Below, one piece after another: positions 1-14,514 of a stretch of DNA of 64,000 bases (its first letter is position 1; each line of letters opens with the position of its first letter). Source of the DNA: Eledone cirrhosa (Eukaryota); the NCBI GenBank assembly GCA_964016885.1, contig OZ024740.1, forward strand, positions 187,984,001-188,048,000. The letters are read 5' to 3'. The notes below the pieces were generated by a model. The model searched no databases, was not told the DNA's origin, and saw only the letters and a list, made by a program, of their open reading frames with translations. The position numbers were made by a program, and so were the translations under genes.

Positions 1-199
1 AGTAGGATAAGCACTGGTCTGATGAGCCTCAGGGGTCGTGACAGACTTAAGACATTTTTCCAGCTATCTAGAATGTAACATATTATTAAAATACTTTGGT
101 CTATATTTAATACTTTTAAATATTTATTTGATGAAGTAGTCATGCTTTTCAGGGATTGAATTTTTATTTGATTTCATGTTTGTGTTAAATACTATATAT

Positions 200-400
200 A
201 GATCAGATAGTTGTTCCAGGTAGAGTCACTGCTTCCACGAATTATGGTTAGAATGTCACAGGAAATAATCGCTGGTCAGATTTTGTGTATAACCAGCCAT
301 CAGCAGTCTCAAGAGTTGACACCCAGAAAGTTGGTTGGATAATATCCATGAGCTCAGCTGGCCTTTCTTGGAGATCCAGCCAGATCAATTGGAGATGGTT
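200..400 (+). mobile_element. Decayed 3' fragment of an RTE-clade LINE
   Basis: Degenerate 'VRMSQE..GQIL' reading. Similar to segments at 16830-17180 (-) and 35380-35560 (+), which read 'LQVEPLLL.IERSQ..GH..RMS'. Confidence 0.4.
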
Positions 401-3400
401 GCTTCTGACAATAATGAAGAACATGGGATACAGGAAATATTTGAAATACAAACTAATTTGAGGAAAAATCTTTAATTCATGTATATTATAGAGATATTTG
501 CAATAACCTTTTAGCTTCCTCTTTGTACCAGCTATTATATTGCACTCAAAATTCACTTGTATGTTCAGTTATGTCTTCAAGTCAAATAAGAGATGATACA
601 AACATAATAGTGCTAATATCACCAAATAATTTTGAACAGAATAACGTGTTGTTTTCTAATAACAACCCAAATTTAAACAAATATGTTGCAGTTGTCTGAA
701 TATTCTTTGTATTCCTTTCTTTAAAAATAGTATTTATTTTATCGAAAGCATTATTAAAAGTCAAGTGTTAAATGTCTGTGATTATTTTTAATCAATTGAT
801 TCAATGAATATAATAATTATCAAAAGTTGAATTAATTAATTTAAAGGTCAAGATTGAAATGTTTTGAAAGTATTAACTTATTTTATTTCACATTTATGAT
901 TTTTGATAATTATAGAAACTAAAGATAGGAAATAGTAAACTTTGCTGCAATTATGTTCCTAATCTCTACCACCTGTTGAGGAAGATAACATTAATTAACT
1001 TTCAATCAATTTTTAGAGATTCTTCTTCTGAGATCAACTCATGCAAATGCCATAATTTCTGTATCATCTATGTTGGTCTGCTAACTAGGCATTGGGAGAA
1101 ATGATATAACGTGCATAAAACTCAGTAAATATAGATATATAAGAGCACTAGCTAAAGCATAGGACCTGCTGAAAACTAGCTCTAATACTATGAGAATTAA
1201 CTAATTTTAAAGGATTTCTATTTTAAATTAAAATCTAAAATGATTTTATATCAGTTAAGTAATTATATCAGCAATGAAATAATAAATAAACTTAGTAAAT
1301 CTCATTAATTTATTCAAATAGTGCTTAAATTTGGAATGCGGTCGTGAAAGAGATAGTCTTCCTCTTAATATTGTGTTTGTAGATCTGGACAACCCAGAAG
1401 AAAACCCATGACTTTTGAAGTTAAATTAGTGTAAGCATCTGAAATTTACATTGAAAGCTCATACAACATCTGCATTGATTACAAAATTAATATCTGTCAT
1501 ATTAAAGCAATTAATTAAAAATAGTCAGTTATATATCACTTGAGTTTTAAAGATGTTCATAAAATAAATAGGCCATGCCAGGTGTATCACCATATCATAA
1601 CTTCTGAAGGGCAGGTGATGGGATATTAAACATGGGCACTACACAGCCCATGTTATTATTGTCTTGAACAAAACAGATTCTTAATGTTCCTCATACCAAT
1701 TCTGCCATTCAATAGAATTGGTATTTAATTGTGCAAGGGAATTATTTTTGTAAATATTTGAATCTTTGATTTGTGAGCTTGTACATCAATTTATCTTCCA
1801 TTTCCATATTTTATTTCTTCCGAGTCTTTGTGCATGCATGTGTTCATATACACAAACACACACATTAAAGATAAGCTTTTTTTTTTGTAAGATTTATGTT
1901 CATGTGCATGGGTGTGTGATATCACACATATACAGTAAACAGATTTAAGCTTTATCAAGGACAATTGTTTTTCTATGACAATATATACAAACAACCATTT
2001 CAGTGCTTTCACCTAAGCATGAAACGGATGCAAATGAAGATTCATGAACTTTGCTTGATAAACATAATATGCTAGTGTTCAGTTGTTTTATATAATAAAA
2101 ATACCATTACAATTAGTGTAACATGCATTCCTTTAGTGATCATACACAATACACAAATCTTGTCACTTTAATATAACATACAAAACAAAATCTAATCAAA
2201 TTCCTGAAAAATATTTTAAAACTTCGTGCTCTTTAATTTTGAAATTGTGTTGTTTTTCCTGTTTAAATTTTCTCTTTTTGCTAAATTATATTTTTAGATG
2301 GAAAACAAACATCTCAATCTGGATTCATTGAACTGATGAAATGTTATCATTAAATTACTATTTACTTTGTCTTTGTTACAATTATTGAAAAATCATGATT
2401 GAAAATAAAAAGAATATAGTAGAAAGATGTCCCAAATTTTATATGGTTCTAATTTGTCATATAACATCTGAACAAAATGATTTCTATAAGATTTACTAGA
2501 TTCTTGTAATATAGCATCTGTGAGGGGTTGTGACTAGTAGATAGTATCAGCAATGAAAGATCAATGGCAACATTGTTTGCCTGGTCCAATTTGATGAGTT
2601 TCTCCTCCTCTCAGTAAGTGAAAGAGGTCTAGGACCTTGTTGATCGAATTCTATCTATTTTATATAACAACTGAATCACCAATTAGTTTAAGATACATTT
2701 TGTATTAAGGTTATTTTTAGTTTTCATTTTTACACTATATATACAAATGTTAATAATGATCGGAATGATTTCTCCTCACAGCTTTTAAAAGCCTTAGTGA
2801 AAGGAAGTGTCCCTGATCCTTTTTCAGGTACTCTTGATCTGGTAGAAGAGAAAGAAGTTATTCTGGGGATCTGTCCTGAATGCTTGCAACCAACTAGGAT
2901 CCACTAAAGACATTCAACTCCCAGGTGTTAAATTGGGAAACATATTACATTTTATATAACTACTGATATACAGAAGAAAGTGGAGTATTTAAAAAAATTC
3001 ATAACTGTAGTATTAATATTACATCAACAATTGTTATTTCCATTTCTTGAGTGAAATTTCTAAGACTAATTATGGTTAATATTACAGACTACTTCAGATC
3101 TAAACTGAAGACCGATCTGGATGGCTGTTATTTTACATTATTTATATAAGCCTCAAAATCACACTACACCCATTAACACCTTTGATATAAAACTGCCTGA
3201 AACTGCTCCTGGTTTTACAATTCTAAGTTGAATCTAGAAACCTTTCTTCATAATTTAATTAAAGAACTTTTAAATTATGTTCCAAATGCTAGCTTGTTTA
3301 TGAGAATGTTATATTATTAAATTCAATTTCTTGATTATTTTCAATATTATTTGAAAATCATAGGCAGCATTTTACATAAGAAATATTGTAACAAGATGGT

Positions 3401-3585
3401 TAAGATATACATAATACATATGAAGTGGAATTTTGTTCACTACAATTATATATTACAGTTGTTGCATAGAAAATTATATATTCATATTTGAAGATAGTGT
3501 CTATGGGTTTTATCTTAGTGAAAATAATCTCATTAAGGTACATTCTATACACATTGCTGAGAATTTGTTAAGGAATTAGAAACAA

Positions 3586-3690
3586 GCGCCGAGGTTAACT
3601 TTGCCTTTCATCCTTTCGGGGTCGATAAAATAAAGTACCAGTAATTTACTGGGTAATTTCTGGCCTTGTGCCAATAGTAGAAACAATTAT
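3586..3690 (+). mobile_element. tRNA-derived SINE fragment, family B (Meta-domain-like core)
   Basis: gccgaggttaactttgcctttcatcctttcggggtcgataaaataaagtaccag, repeated many times in the window. Confidence 0.75.
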
Positions 3691-4278
3691 TTGATATGTT
3701 ATTCAAAGATAAGTGTTGTCAGGTATAAATTACTGAAGGGACTTTAAGATATCTAAATTAATAGACATGACTGAAATTACTGTAAAATAGAAACAAATGT
3801 GTTTGAAAACATTTAAATAAATGGCAATAGAAACAAAGTTAATTTATCACTTAAAATTAATGAAATGCAATCTCCCTAATTGATTTGTTATTCATTGTCA
3901 AAAAACATTTTAATTTACATGATATCATAGACGATTAATATTTTTAGGAAAATATATATTCTATACAGTGTAAAATGTACTGTATGTATATTTAGATACA
4001 CACTTGTAATTTTTTTTTTACCATTCATTTCCTGCATATTTTGTGTGTCACTTTTTTATTTTTCTTATGCTTTGTAGAAGAAATTTCAGATAATTTAAAA
4101 AATGTTACTTTGGAAACACTTTATACAATTTGAGAAGCAAAATAGTTTATCAGAAATACGGATAAATAGCTGATGATAAATTCATTAGTTTGATTCAGAA
4201 ATAATTAAATGTAAATTATTTTTATCATATAATATTTATATCATCTAACGTATTTTAGAAAGAGAGGGGGAGAGAGAA

Positions 4279-4279
<1 letters not shown>

Positions 4280-4345
<66 letters not shown>
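4280..4345. repeat. (GT)n microsatellite
   Basis: Direct reading. Confidence 0.95.
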
Positions 4346-4346
<1 letters not shown>

Positions 4347-5233
4347 AACAAATAAGGGAAACACAATCTTAACAGAAATAGTTTTTAAGTAAGTAATGTG
4401 ACATAAAATTATGAAGAAATGTGCCCTTAATGGAACCATATGGGTGACCAGAAATAGAATTTATTACAAGCAAATTTGTGAGGGAAAAGGAACTGGCAGA
4501 TATAACAGGTTCGGTGTGGTTGATGGGAAGTTAGATTATATGAAATGTGTAACAAATGTGATCTAGAATGGCACTGTGACATTGGCATTGAAAACAGAGG
4601 ATCTGCTAGAGAGGAATGAGTTAAGAAGGATCTCTTAGATGTGGCATGTTAACTTGCATTAAGTTTGTGTGCATGTGAGCTGAAAATGCAGCTGGGCATT
4701 AAAAGCATTAGCTACAGTGACATGCTGCATCGTCCAACATATGCCAACAAATAATAAAGCAATATTACTTCAGCTGCTCATCATGATGATATAATATATG
4801 TATGAAATTGATGTATTTTATAAAATTGACATTTAATTATTAGCTATGTTGCTGAATACTTGTGAATACTTTCAGATCACTTGTGATATATTTCTGGCCA
4901 ATAAATTTTATAATGTCCCTCTGAACTTTCTTTAATAGGAATTGGTTTTGTAATATAAAAAAAAAATGATGACGAAAATATTTTATTCTTATATTGTTCT
5001 ACTGGTTTCAGTAGAATGCTCTAGCAACACCTTGATTTAATCAAAACTTATTTTATTGGTCGTTCTTGTCTAACCACCCTTATCTTCTTTCATAATGTCC
5101 ATTTTCCTTAGAATAAAAGATGTTAAAACATATTTAAATATTGGCTGAATAATTTTTAAAATTTATTTAGACAAATACACAAATTAATAAAGAAAATAAT
5201 AGAAAAATGTATTCTATGAAAATTATAAAACAT

Positions 5234-5680
5234 TTACAGAACTTCAGTATATACAATGTTTTTAACTTTTTTCTTTGGAGCATATATAAAGAGTTTGTGG
5301 GGTCTTAGTCTGAAATAATCTACATACAATTGACCATGTGATAAACTTCCCTCTTCTAGATGGAGACTGACAACCTGCAGTGTTTGACCTTGGGACTTGT
5401 TGCTAGTATTTGCGTAACTGATTCTCACTGGGAATTGCATTTGCTTGAAATGAAAGGGGACATCTGTTGGTATTAGCAGCATTCTTGGCATAAATGTGAT
5501 GTGTCGCTTACAACATCCATTGAGGATTTTGGCTTCGATAATGTGAGGCTCTAGTTTAGTCACAACCATATGTATCCCATTGCACAATCTTGGCTGATCC
5601 AGGTTTCTGAAAAGCATGGTGAATGTGCCTTTCTTCAAATCAATGTTGTATGGCAGAATACTGGAATGTTCAAGACAGAA
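5234..5680 (-). pseudogene. Helitron Rep/Hel PIF1-like helicase C-terminal relic
   Basis: RNLDQPRLCNG...FPVRISYANTSNKSQGQTL...SHGQLYV...KNIVYTEVL matches the Helitron helicase C-terminus, with substitutions in the motifs. Confidence 0.9.
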
Positions 5681-5859
5681 TACAGAATACAGAGAGTTCA
5701 ACAGGATAATGAAAATTTTCATCCTCATTGACAACTTTGTAAATAGATTTATTGGTCTGGCTCTCTCTTCCCCCTCTCTCTCACTCACTTTATTTGAGTG
5801 AGAGAGAGAGAGAGAGACATAGAGAGGGACATATATATATGTAGCTGAAGCATATAGAC

Positions 5860-6148
5860 AATATGCCCCCACCCCCTCCCACTGCAAAGTGGTTGTGGAG
5901 GTGTCATGACAAAAAAATCACCCAGTCCACACTGTAAAGTGGTCATGTTGGTGTCACAGAAAAAAAGCACCCAGTACGCACTGTAAATGAGGTTGGAGTT
6001 AGGAAGGGCATCCAGCTGTAGAAATCAAGCCAAAATCAGTTCCCGTATCAGCAAAACATGGTCACCCAACCTGGCATTGCCCACAATAGGACAACCTGTC
6101 TAACCCATGTTAGTGTGGAAGAATGGACGTAAAATGGTGATGATGATA
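5860..6148 (+). mobile_element. SINE family A, 5'-truncated, with RTE-type tail
   Basis: ttaggaagggcatccagctgtagaaatc...ggacgtaaaatggtgatgatgat, matching the full copies at 18206 and 55378. Confidence 0.8.
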
Positions 6149-6399
6149 TATATATACGAAAATACCTAGAAAAGTTTTATTTAGAGAGAGGGGGAGGTGT
6201 ATTGAGTGAGAGGTGTAGTGTTACCCTTCCTATATAGATAGCATGATGAACGGATAGAACATGGGTGCTAGAAATAGCAGTAAATTCTCCTCCAACTCGC
6301 TCTCCACCCATTCAGTTTTCAGAAAATAAGTTAACAGTGAGCTTTTCAGATGTCAGATTAGTTGAAAACACAGGAATTTTAGTTTGTATGTTGACTGCT

Positions 6400-6585
6400 A
6401 ATAATTGTTTCTATTTTTGGCACAAGGTCAGCAATTACTCAGTGCATTACTGGTACTTTATTTTATCGACCCCATAAGGATGAAAGGCAAAGTTAACCTT
6501 GGATTTGAATTCAGAACGGAAAGGGTCATAACTCTATGCATCAAAGCATAGTGTCTGACCCTCTACTGATACTGCCAATCCACCG
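6400..6585 (-). mobile_element. SINE family B
   Basis: ctggtactttattttatcgaccccataaggatgaaaggcaaagttaacc...ttgaattcagaac (reverse B box). Confidence 0.8.
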
Positions 6586-6679
6586 CATGACTGCTAATAA
6601 TACTAACGAACTTCCTTCTTACAAAATTATAAGTATATACATATAAAATAAGCATCTGCAATTTCTGTGTAGCTAATCC

Positions 6680-6800
6680 CACTCATCTGACATTGGTCAT
6701 TATAACACTATAGTAGAAAACACTTGCACAAGGTACTGCACAGTGGTACTGAACCCAGAACCATATGGCTGCAAAGTGATCTCCTTAATACCACAGACCT
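6680..6800 (-). mobile_element. SINE family C fragment (tRNA-like head)
   Basis: ctatagtagaaaacacttgcacaaggt...gaacccagaaccatatggctg. Related copies near 12130-12320, 29150-29350, 32290-32670 and 48170-48280. Confidence 0.55.
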
Positions 6801-8004
6801 GCCTGTTTGTGCCTTTTTTTTCAGGGAAATATGTCAACTGTCACAATGAATGATTAAAAAAGTTCAAAAATGATAGTTTGAAATAAGAGTTAATGTTTCC
6901 TGTTTATTTCATAGGAAAAAATAATACGCAGGTCATATTCAAACAAACTTCATTAATCACATAATAATGGGAGGAGGTTCTTGAATGTTTCTGCAGAAAA
7001 CGAATTATGTGCTTTATGACCTGCTTTTGGTGCTGCCTCTAAGGATTATTATAAGACAAATATATCAATTTGTCTTAAAAGAAATATAATTTCTGAATAT
7101 CATATAGAAAAAATAAAATTATATTGACTGTAAATCTCTCCCTGTGGAAAATATAAAAGAATGAATTCATAACTGAAAATAAAACCTAATATCATTTGTC
7201 AATGGATCAATAAAGAAATACATATTGTGAAAACATTTTTATTCAGTTCACAATAGGAAATAGAAAATATCTGTGTTGAAGGAATGATTATTATAACAGG
7301 CAATATTTGACAAAAAATGCATAAATTATATAAAAGCTAAAATGATATTGGAATTTGTACATGCATGCAATGGATGTTTCAAAGGATTCTGGTGAGTGCT
7401 ATTGAGTTTAATCCTTTAGGGAATGTGTTATCTGTTAGTCAGATTATAATGTAAAGTAGGAAAAGAGTTTGAAAACAAAAGCATTATACTGATTTTTTTT
7501 TATCTGAATACCTAATAGCAACAGTGACGTACTTGTTCTCATTGTCATATTAAGAGAAGAGATTTTGGATAGTAATTTCTTTTTATGTATACTATTTGCA
7601 TGAAAATATAAGTTCATATTATCTCTGCAAAGTATCAGTGACTTTTCCATCATCATGATAGAAATCTTTTCTTCTAGATTATGAAATTTGGAATATTTCT
7701 CTCCCTCTCTCTCATATCCCTCCTTAATCATAATCACTGACATTTAAAATTTTATATTAATTAAAGAAATAATCTGCTTTCAAATCATTCAGAGATGAAG
7801 TATTTTCTAGCCTTGGTAACTTGGTAAATCTTAGGCTTGTTAATGTAATAACAGGTATTTGAAATAAGACTACACAATGAAAGGTCAACAGCAATTATAA
7901 GACATACTGTTTGGAAAGAGGGGGATGGTTTGTGGCATAATGTTTTTTTTATTGAAATATTCTGTGATATATTTTACCATTCCAACCAGACCACTGCCTT
8001 AATG

Positions 8005-8155
8005 ATGTGCATTACTGGTACTTTATTTTATCGACCCCATAAAGATCAAAAGCAAAGCTAATCTCAGCGGGATTCGAACTCAGAACGTAAAGGGCTGTAA
8101 CTATATGCTGCAAATCATGTTACCTGGCACTCTATCAATACTGCTAATCCACCAC
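8005..8155 (-). mobile_element. SINE family B
   Basis: Same core as 6400-6585, with ggattcgaactcagaac. Confidence 0.8.
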
Positions 8156-10559
8156 TCTAATCAATTAGTGAAGGTGCTTTGCCCAGCAGGTGTTTGACAC
8201 TGCAGTTGGGTGGGCTTGGTTGTCAACCAGTGATGGCTTGCTGAAAAAGGAAGACAGGGAGGCAGAAAAAATGGAAGGAAGGGGGGGGGAAAGTAGTGAG
8301 GAAATGCTATATCAAAAGTGATCATACCTAACAAAAATGAAAGCACTGTGAAGATCGACCCTGAGCAAGGTAGTTGGAAAACATCAATGAACTTGACTTG
8401 TCTTGCTTGAGGATCCAGCTGGATGAAATGCTTCTGACAGCACCTGCTGGAAGGAGTGTTTGAGAATTTTGCCCTTATGACGCTCCCAGGAATAAGTGGG
8501 CAAAGAAGAAGAATGTTTAAACATTTTGTAATTTGCTTCATATGTGATGCACATAAAAATGGTTGATTTTTGTCGAGCATACCATCAAATATAATGAGCA
8601 GAGTAATGTTTGCTTCTTATGATGTTTAATCTTTGTTGAACGCTGGTCAAGGAGATGTTTCTGCTCCGAACAACCTATCTTTATATATACCAGAAGCCAC
8701 ATTGTTTAACGTATGCTGCTGTATGGAGATTTGTATGCTATGTCTTGTAGTTCAATTAACCCCATAAAGATTCCCTTGGCTTATATAATAATGTTTATTT
8801 TTACGTAGTATGTTTTAGTCATTTCATGATGTTCTCACTCTTTGATTCATACTAGATTTCTTTATCTACATACATATACGTAAATACTTATATCTTTGTA
8901 GATATATATATCTACATGTATATCTCTTTAGATCTTCATATACACATGAATTTACATGAGTATACAATTCATTCAATATAAGAAAATTCATTCAATATAA
9001 CTTATATGTTAAGTTAATAGGAACTTATGATTTTTATGTATTTTGTTATAATTTATTTACTTTTTAACATTTTTTAATCCTGTAATTATGTTTTCTTTCC
9101 TTACAACTTGGATATTTGTCAAATCAATTTTACTACTTGAATCTTTTGGTAAAACCAAATCATTAAATGTTTCTGAGAAATAGTAATTTATTTTATTAGT
9201 TGAGCGCATAATGAGAGTTTATTGACACATTAATTAACTGTGCATTACTATTCATACATCATTAAAGTTTGTCCCTAAAAAAAATGCTTTTGAGATATAT
9301 TTATCTATTTTTCCTTCCTATTGATTGTTATTTTCTGAAGAAATTTGAAAAGCAGGTGAAAAGTATTGATAAATTTATTTAGACTGAAAAGTATTAAGAG
9401 AGTCTGCAAGCTAGAAATTAAATTTTAAAAAAAACATTAGACAAACTACTGAAGATAATTAAATATAATACCAAGAATTATTTGACCATTCAGATAGAAT
9501 TTTTAAGCATATGAATGCTAGATAAATTATAACCTTAGAAGGAAGATAAACTTAAACAGCCTAAATAAAATGTTTCATGTTTTAACTATTTGATACCAAT
9601 ACCAAACTGCATAAAACTGCAGTTGATACAAAACTGTTTGTTTTAAAGTGTTTATATTTATCTAAATGCTTTCCATCTTAATCACTGTCAATGTCTTTCA
9701 TTAGAAATATGGTAATGAAAGTTTTAAAATATATATCATGGATTTGTATTTAAAATATTACTTAAATAAATTGAAGAAAAACATCCACCTGATACTGATC
9801 CTTGTTCAAAAATCCATTTATAAGTGTTCAATTTTTTTATGTGAACACCTATTGTTATTTTAAGTTTCAAGCACCAACATCATAATGACATAAAATATAA
9901 CGATTATACTAAAAACCTTCAAATTCTTTATTATTTTCAAAATAAATTTTAATCAAGCAAGCATCGTATTCCATTAAAAATGGTCATGAAAGAATTGAAT
10001 CAAACCTGTTTATATTCTTGTTTTTCTTAAATATTAAGTTATTTCCTATTAGTTTAAACTATATGATATATGTAATAATACATATATAACATTTAGATTG
10101 TATGTTTAATTGTTTTATAGAACATCCTGAGAGTGTTCTAAAAAAGTGCTATTTTCTTTTTACTGATTTTTTGCTGATTACTGAATTATATATGTCTGTG
10201 TATGTATGTGATGTATGTATGTGTGTGTGTGATATGTATGTATATGAGATTTTAATTCATATAGGTAATTTGAAAGAAAATTGGTTACAAACAGAATTAG
10301 ATAATTTTAAAGACTGCCTGTTTTCTACGATATTGGTGACAAAGATATGGGTTTTTAATTTGAGACACAGCTATGAAGAGAATAATAATGAAATTTGTTT
10401 TAAAGGATAATTATCTTTAAATACAAGTTTATTTGTTTTTAAATATGGTATTATAAGATAATCAATAAATAATACATCCGTTTTATTAGTTTAATAATTA
10501 TTATTATAGGACTTAGAAAAGGAAGAAGAAAAGCACTCATGAGCTTTTTCAGAGCAGAA

Positions 10560-11272
10560 ATTCAGTCCAATTAATTAAAACAGAATAAATTATGCTCAAG
10601 TCACGATTTCCCTTATTTAGATTATGAAAATAGATCCACTTTTAATCCTCAGTTACAGTTCAACTCCGAAAACAAGCATCTTGAGGATTTGCTGGCAGTT
10701 GTTTGTAAATGATCACATGTCGTTGAGCCTGGTTATTGGTCAATTCATGAGAAAATACTCGACAGCTTCTGTTCAATAGGCCAAGCTTATAGAGGTGACT
10801 ATTGATGGTGCTTTGTAAAGTACTATATTCTGCCAACAATGCACAAGTGCTTGTGCGTGGCTGTTGTTCACTCATATCAAGCAAGATATCATTTTCCACA
10901 ACACAAGGTCTTTCTGACCTTCGATTGTTTTCGTGGCTGGTGTCACCTTCCTTGAAATGTCTCAACCAGTTTTGTGCCTCACATTCTTTGACAATTCCTG
11001 GGCCTTCCACATCATTAGTTTATTTGGCTGCTGCCCTGCACTTAATTCTTTTTTCCCACAGGTAGAGTAAAATTGTTTTAATTGCAATCTTTTCTCCACA
11101 GCTGTGAAATAATAAATAAATAATTAATGTTTATATGTTATATATATGAAAATAAAGAATAAACAATTCTGCAACGATTGGACAAATTGTAGCAAGTTAC
11201 TGACATAACATGGAGATACAAGTTGCCAAAAATCATCAGTGAAAATCCGAAAACACTTTTGACTCAACCTGG
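10560..11272 (-). mobile_element. Mariner (Tc1/mariner) transposase relic, N-terminal HTH region
   Basis: AQNWLRHFKEGDTSHE..RSERP, STINSHLYKLG and VFSHELT, continuing to a 'VTED.KWIYF'-like segment. These match mariner WF.RFK.G, GRP, WVPHEL and TGDEKW motifs. Confidence 0.85.
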
Positions 11273-12677
11273 TAATTGGAAAGAATCAAACCTGAATTCA
11301 AATAAGAAAAGAATGATGGGAAATTGATCATTTATAGTACTTCTGGTGCTTTAAATTTGGAGCAAAATTAATTTCTAGAAATTAAGATGGAATATTTGAA
11401 TTAGAAATTTCTCAAACAAGGAGAAAATTCATCTAAATTATAAATATTGAATTAGTAGATTGAACATAACAATAACTGCAGTGATAGCAATGCTGAAATA
11501 GTATTACTAGCGATTTATCACCACATGGTTCCTGTGGGAACATCTTGTTTGCAGTAACAGTTAATATATTAAAAGCAAATCTATTTAAATGTCTCTAAGT
11601 TCAATAACTCTCTTTGTTGTTTGGTTTTTTCTCTCTATAAATATATCTGACAATCACATACTTTTACACATTTTACTCTGTAAAAGAATAAAACTCTACT
11701 TTGTTACTAATAATAATTTATAATGTAAGAGAGACTAGTAGTAATAAAAAACGAAACATAAGTAACTACTAATAGCAAAATGATTTTTGATGTTGACTAT
11801 GTAGATTTTACAATACTTGGTTCATCATTTGTTTTATTGGTTGCAATTTGTTCATGAGAAGAATAAATTATTACATGGAAAAGGAACGAGTCTGTGTTTG
11901 TGTGTGTATTCATACTCATACACACACATATATAAACACAGGAACATACATTAATGGATGTGTCTCATGTAAAAATCAAACATCAGAATGATCATAGTAT
12001 GGATTTTATGTAGCAAGGAAAGCTTGACAGTGACTTTGAAGTATCCCATGTGGTTGACTCTGTTAAGTATATATATATACATATATTTACACACACACAC
12101 ATATATATATATAATATAGCTTCAGAAATTCGTTTCCAACCACATCTACCATATCCTTGGGTTGAGCAATGCCTTGTAAGCGACATTTAGTAGACAGAAA
12201 CTGTAGAAATGCATGTTGACAAAATAAGTTCCTGACTTGAATAAAACTAAATACTGGGATTCATAATTTTGACTAGAACCCTTTATGGCAATGCTCCAGC
12301 ATGGCTGAAGTCAAATGACTGAAACAGAAAAAGAATACATGAACACACACACAAATATATACATATGAATAGACTTTAGATATGCAGCAAAGGTTGTCTA
12401 ATATATCATTAATATAGCTAGAATAAACATAATGAAATGTATGTATTTCTGACATTACATATGAATATTTCATACATTTATATTCAAATTCAGCCTAATT
12501 ATTGAGGTTTATGAAACTTGTTTATATACAAACTAAATACACTAATTAATAACTGTATAAGTGTGTGTTTATATAAGTCTGATGACGATTTGCTTTTGAA
12601 TTTGCCAGCAAGATGGTAAAAGTACTCTAAGAATATAGTAGCATTTATACCTTTATCCAATGTTGCTTAAAAAAAAA

Positions 12678-12764
<87 letters not shown>

Positions 12765-12779
12765 TATATATATATATAT

Positions 12780-14514
12780 ATCATCATCATCATGTTATGT
12801 CTGCTCTTCCCTGCTTGCAAGGGTGGGACGGGTCTTGTCTTATTCAGCACAGCATCTCTCCACTTGTCATGGTCCTTCGTCATCTCCACCGTAAGCTTCA
12901 GTGATCTGAGGTCTATTCTCACCACCTCCGCCCATGTTTTCGTGGTCTACCTCTGCCATGTCTTCCTTCAACTGGCAGTTTGTGGCACTACTTCACCCAT
13001 CGGTCATCCTCCATGCGCATCACATGTCCATACCACCTCAGTCTCCTCTCCCGTACACTACATTCTATTCCTCTCAGACACAGTTTCTCTCTCAACACAT
13101 TCATGCTGGGTCGTTCACGCACATTGACACTGCACATCAAATGGAGTATGCTTGCCTCATTTCTCTCCAGCCATCGCATATCTTCTGTAGTTGCTGCCCA
13201 TGTCTCACTACCAGGCAGCATAGCGCTCCTCACACAGGCATCATATAACCGGCCTTTCGTACGTAGGGAGAAACCTTTATTCGTCAGCAGAGGAAGCAGC
13301 TCCCTAAACTTCTTCCAACCCGTCCTTATTCTAGATACTATGGCCTCGGAACAACCCCCCTCCCATGCTAATCTGATCTCCTAGGTACCGGAAGCTATCC
13401 ACTACTTCTATAGCACCCCCCTGCATTTGAAAAATGTGTCTATCAATGTGACTTCTACTGTCTAATTTCCCTGTACATCCTCTGCATACATATTTCTCCC
13501 TACCTGTTAGTTTGCCTGCTATCCCGCTACATCTCTTGTGTACCCAGGATAAGCATTGTGTGCATAGAATTTATGCCAGTTCCTTTTTTGCATATCGAAC
13601 ATGGCCATTTCCCTGATGGAATCAGGGTTTTGTCCTCTTTTCTACTCATCAACACTTTTGTCTTAACTAGGTTCACTCTCAGTCCTCTCGCTTCCAACTA
13701 CTGTTTCCATAGCCAGAATTTATTCTCTAGCTCCTCTACTGATTCTGCTATAAGAACCAGATCGTCAGCATAGAGAAGTTCCCAGGGACAGCCAGTCTTA
13801 AACTCCTCTGTTATGACTTGGAGGACTATAATGAACAAGAGCGGGCTGAGGACCGAACCTTGATATACTCCTACTTGTATCTGGAATTCCTCACTAAACT
13901 CCATTCCTACCCTGACTTTACTGACAGTACCTCTGTACAAAGTTTGCACTGTCCTCACAAGCCATTCCTCAACACCTAGTTTTCTTAGGGACCACCAGAT
14001 GACAGATCGGGGTACCCTATCAAAGGCCTTCTCTAGGTCAACAAAGGCTAAGTATAGTGGTTTAATTTTCTCTAAGAACCTCTCTTGTAATTGTCTCACC
14101 AAGAAGAGGGATCTGTTGTACTTTTCACAGGCAGAAAACTAAACTGCATCTCATCTAGTTTGACCCTTTTTCTAATTAGTTGTGCTAATATCCTTTCTGC
14201 CACTTTCATAACCTGATCCATCAATTTTATACCCCTATAATTGCTCCTCTCCAGAGCATCCCCTTTACCTTTGTAGCAATTTATGAGAATACTGCTGCAC
14301 CAGTCTTTGGGTATGACACCACCATATATAGCCTGATTGATGATGCGTGCAACCAGTTTAGTGTCTACGTCCTCTGATGCCTTCCGCATCTCAGCAACTA
14401 TTCCCGATGGTCCAGCAGCCTTACCATATTCTATTTCCTTAATCGCCTCTTGGGCCCTATATTCGTCAATCTCAATAGCTGGTCCCTCTTTCGGATCTAC
14501 TGAGGGTAATTTCT
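12780..14514 (-). mobile_element. 5'-truncated RTE-clade LINE (RT pseudogene with frameshifts) with (ATG)n tail
   Basis: GKAAGPSG, YKGKGD..SNYRGIKL, FVDLEKAFDRVPR, QGSVLSPLLF, LLYADDLVL, RLRWYGHVMRM. The tail reads tcatcatcat at 12781 on the + strand. Confidence 0.95.

Noticed and set aside
17-46. CTGATGA hairpin at the window start as a hammerhead or C/D snoRNA
   Set aside because: No GAAA box or proper stem I/III, and no correctly ordered C and D boxes.
8161-8580. 139 aa ORF or solo LTR
   Set aside because: No protein similarity recognised, and no TG..CA/TSD boundaries identified.
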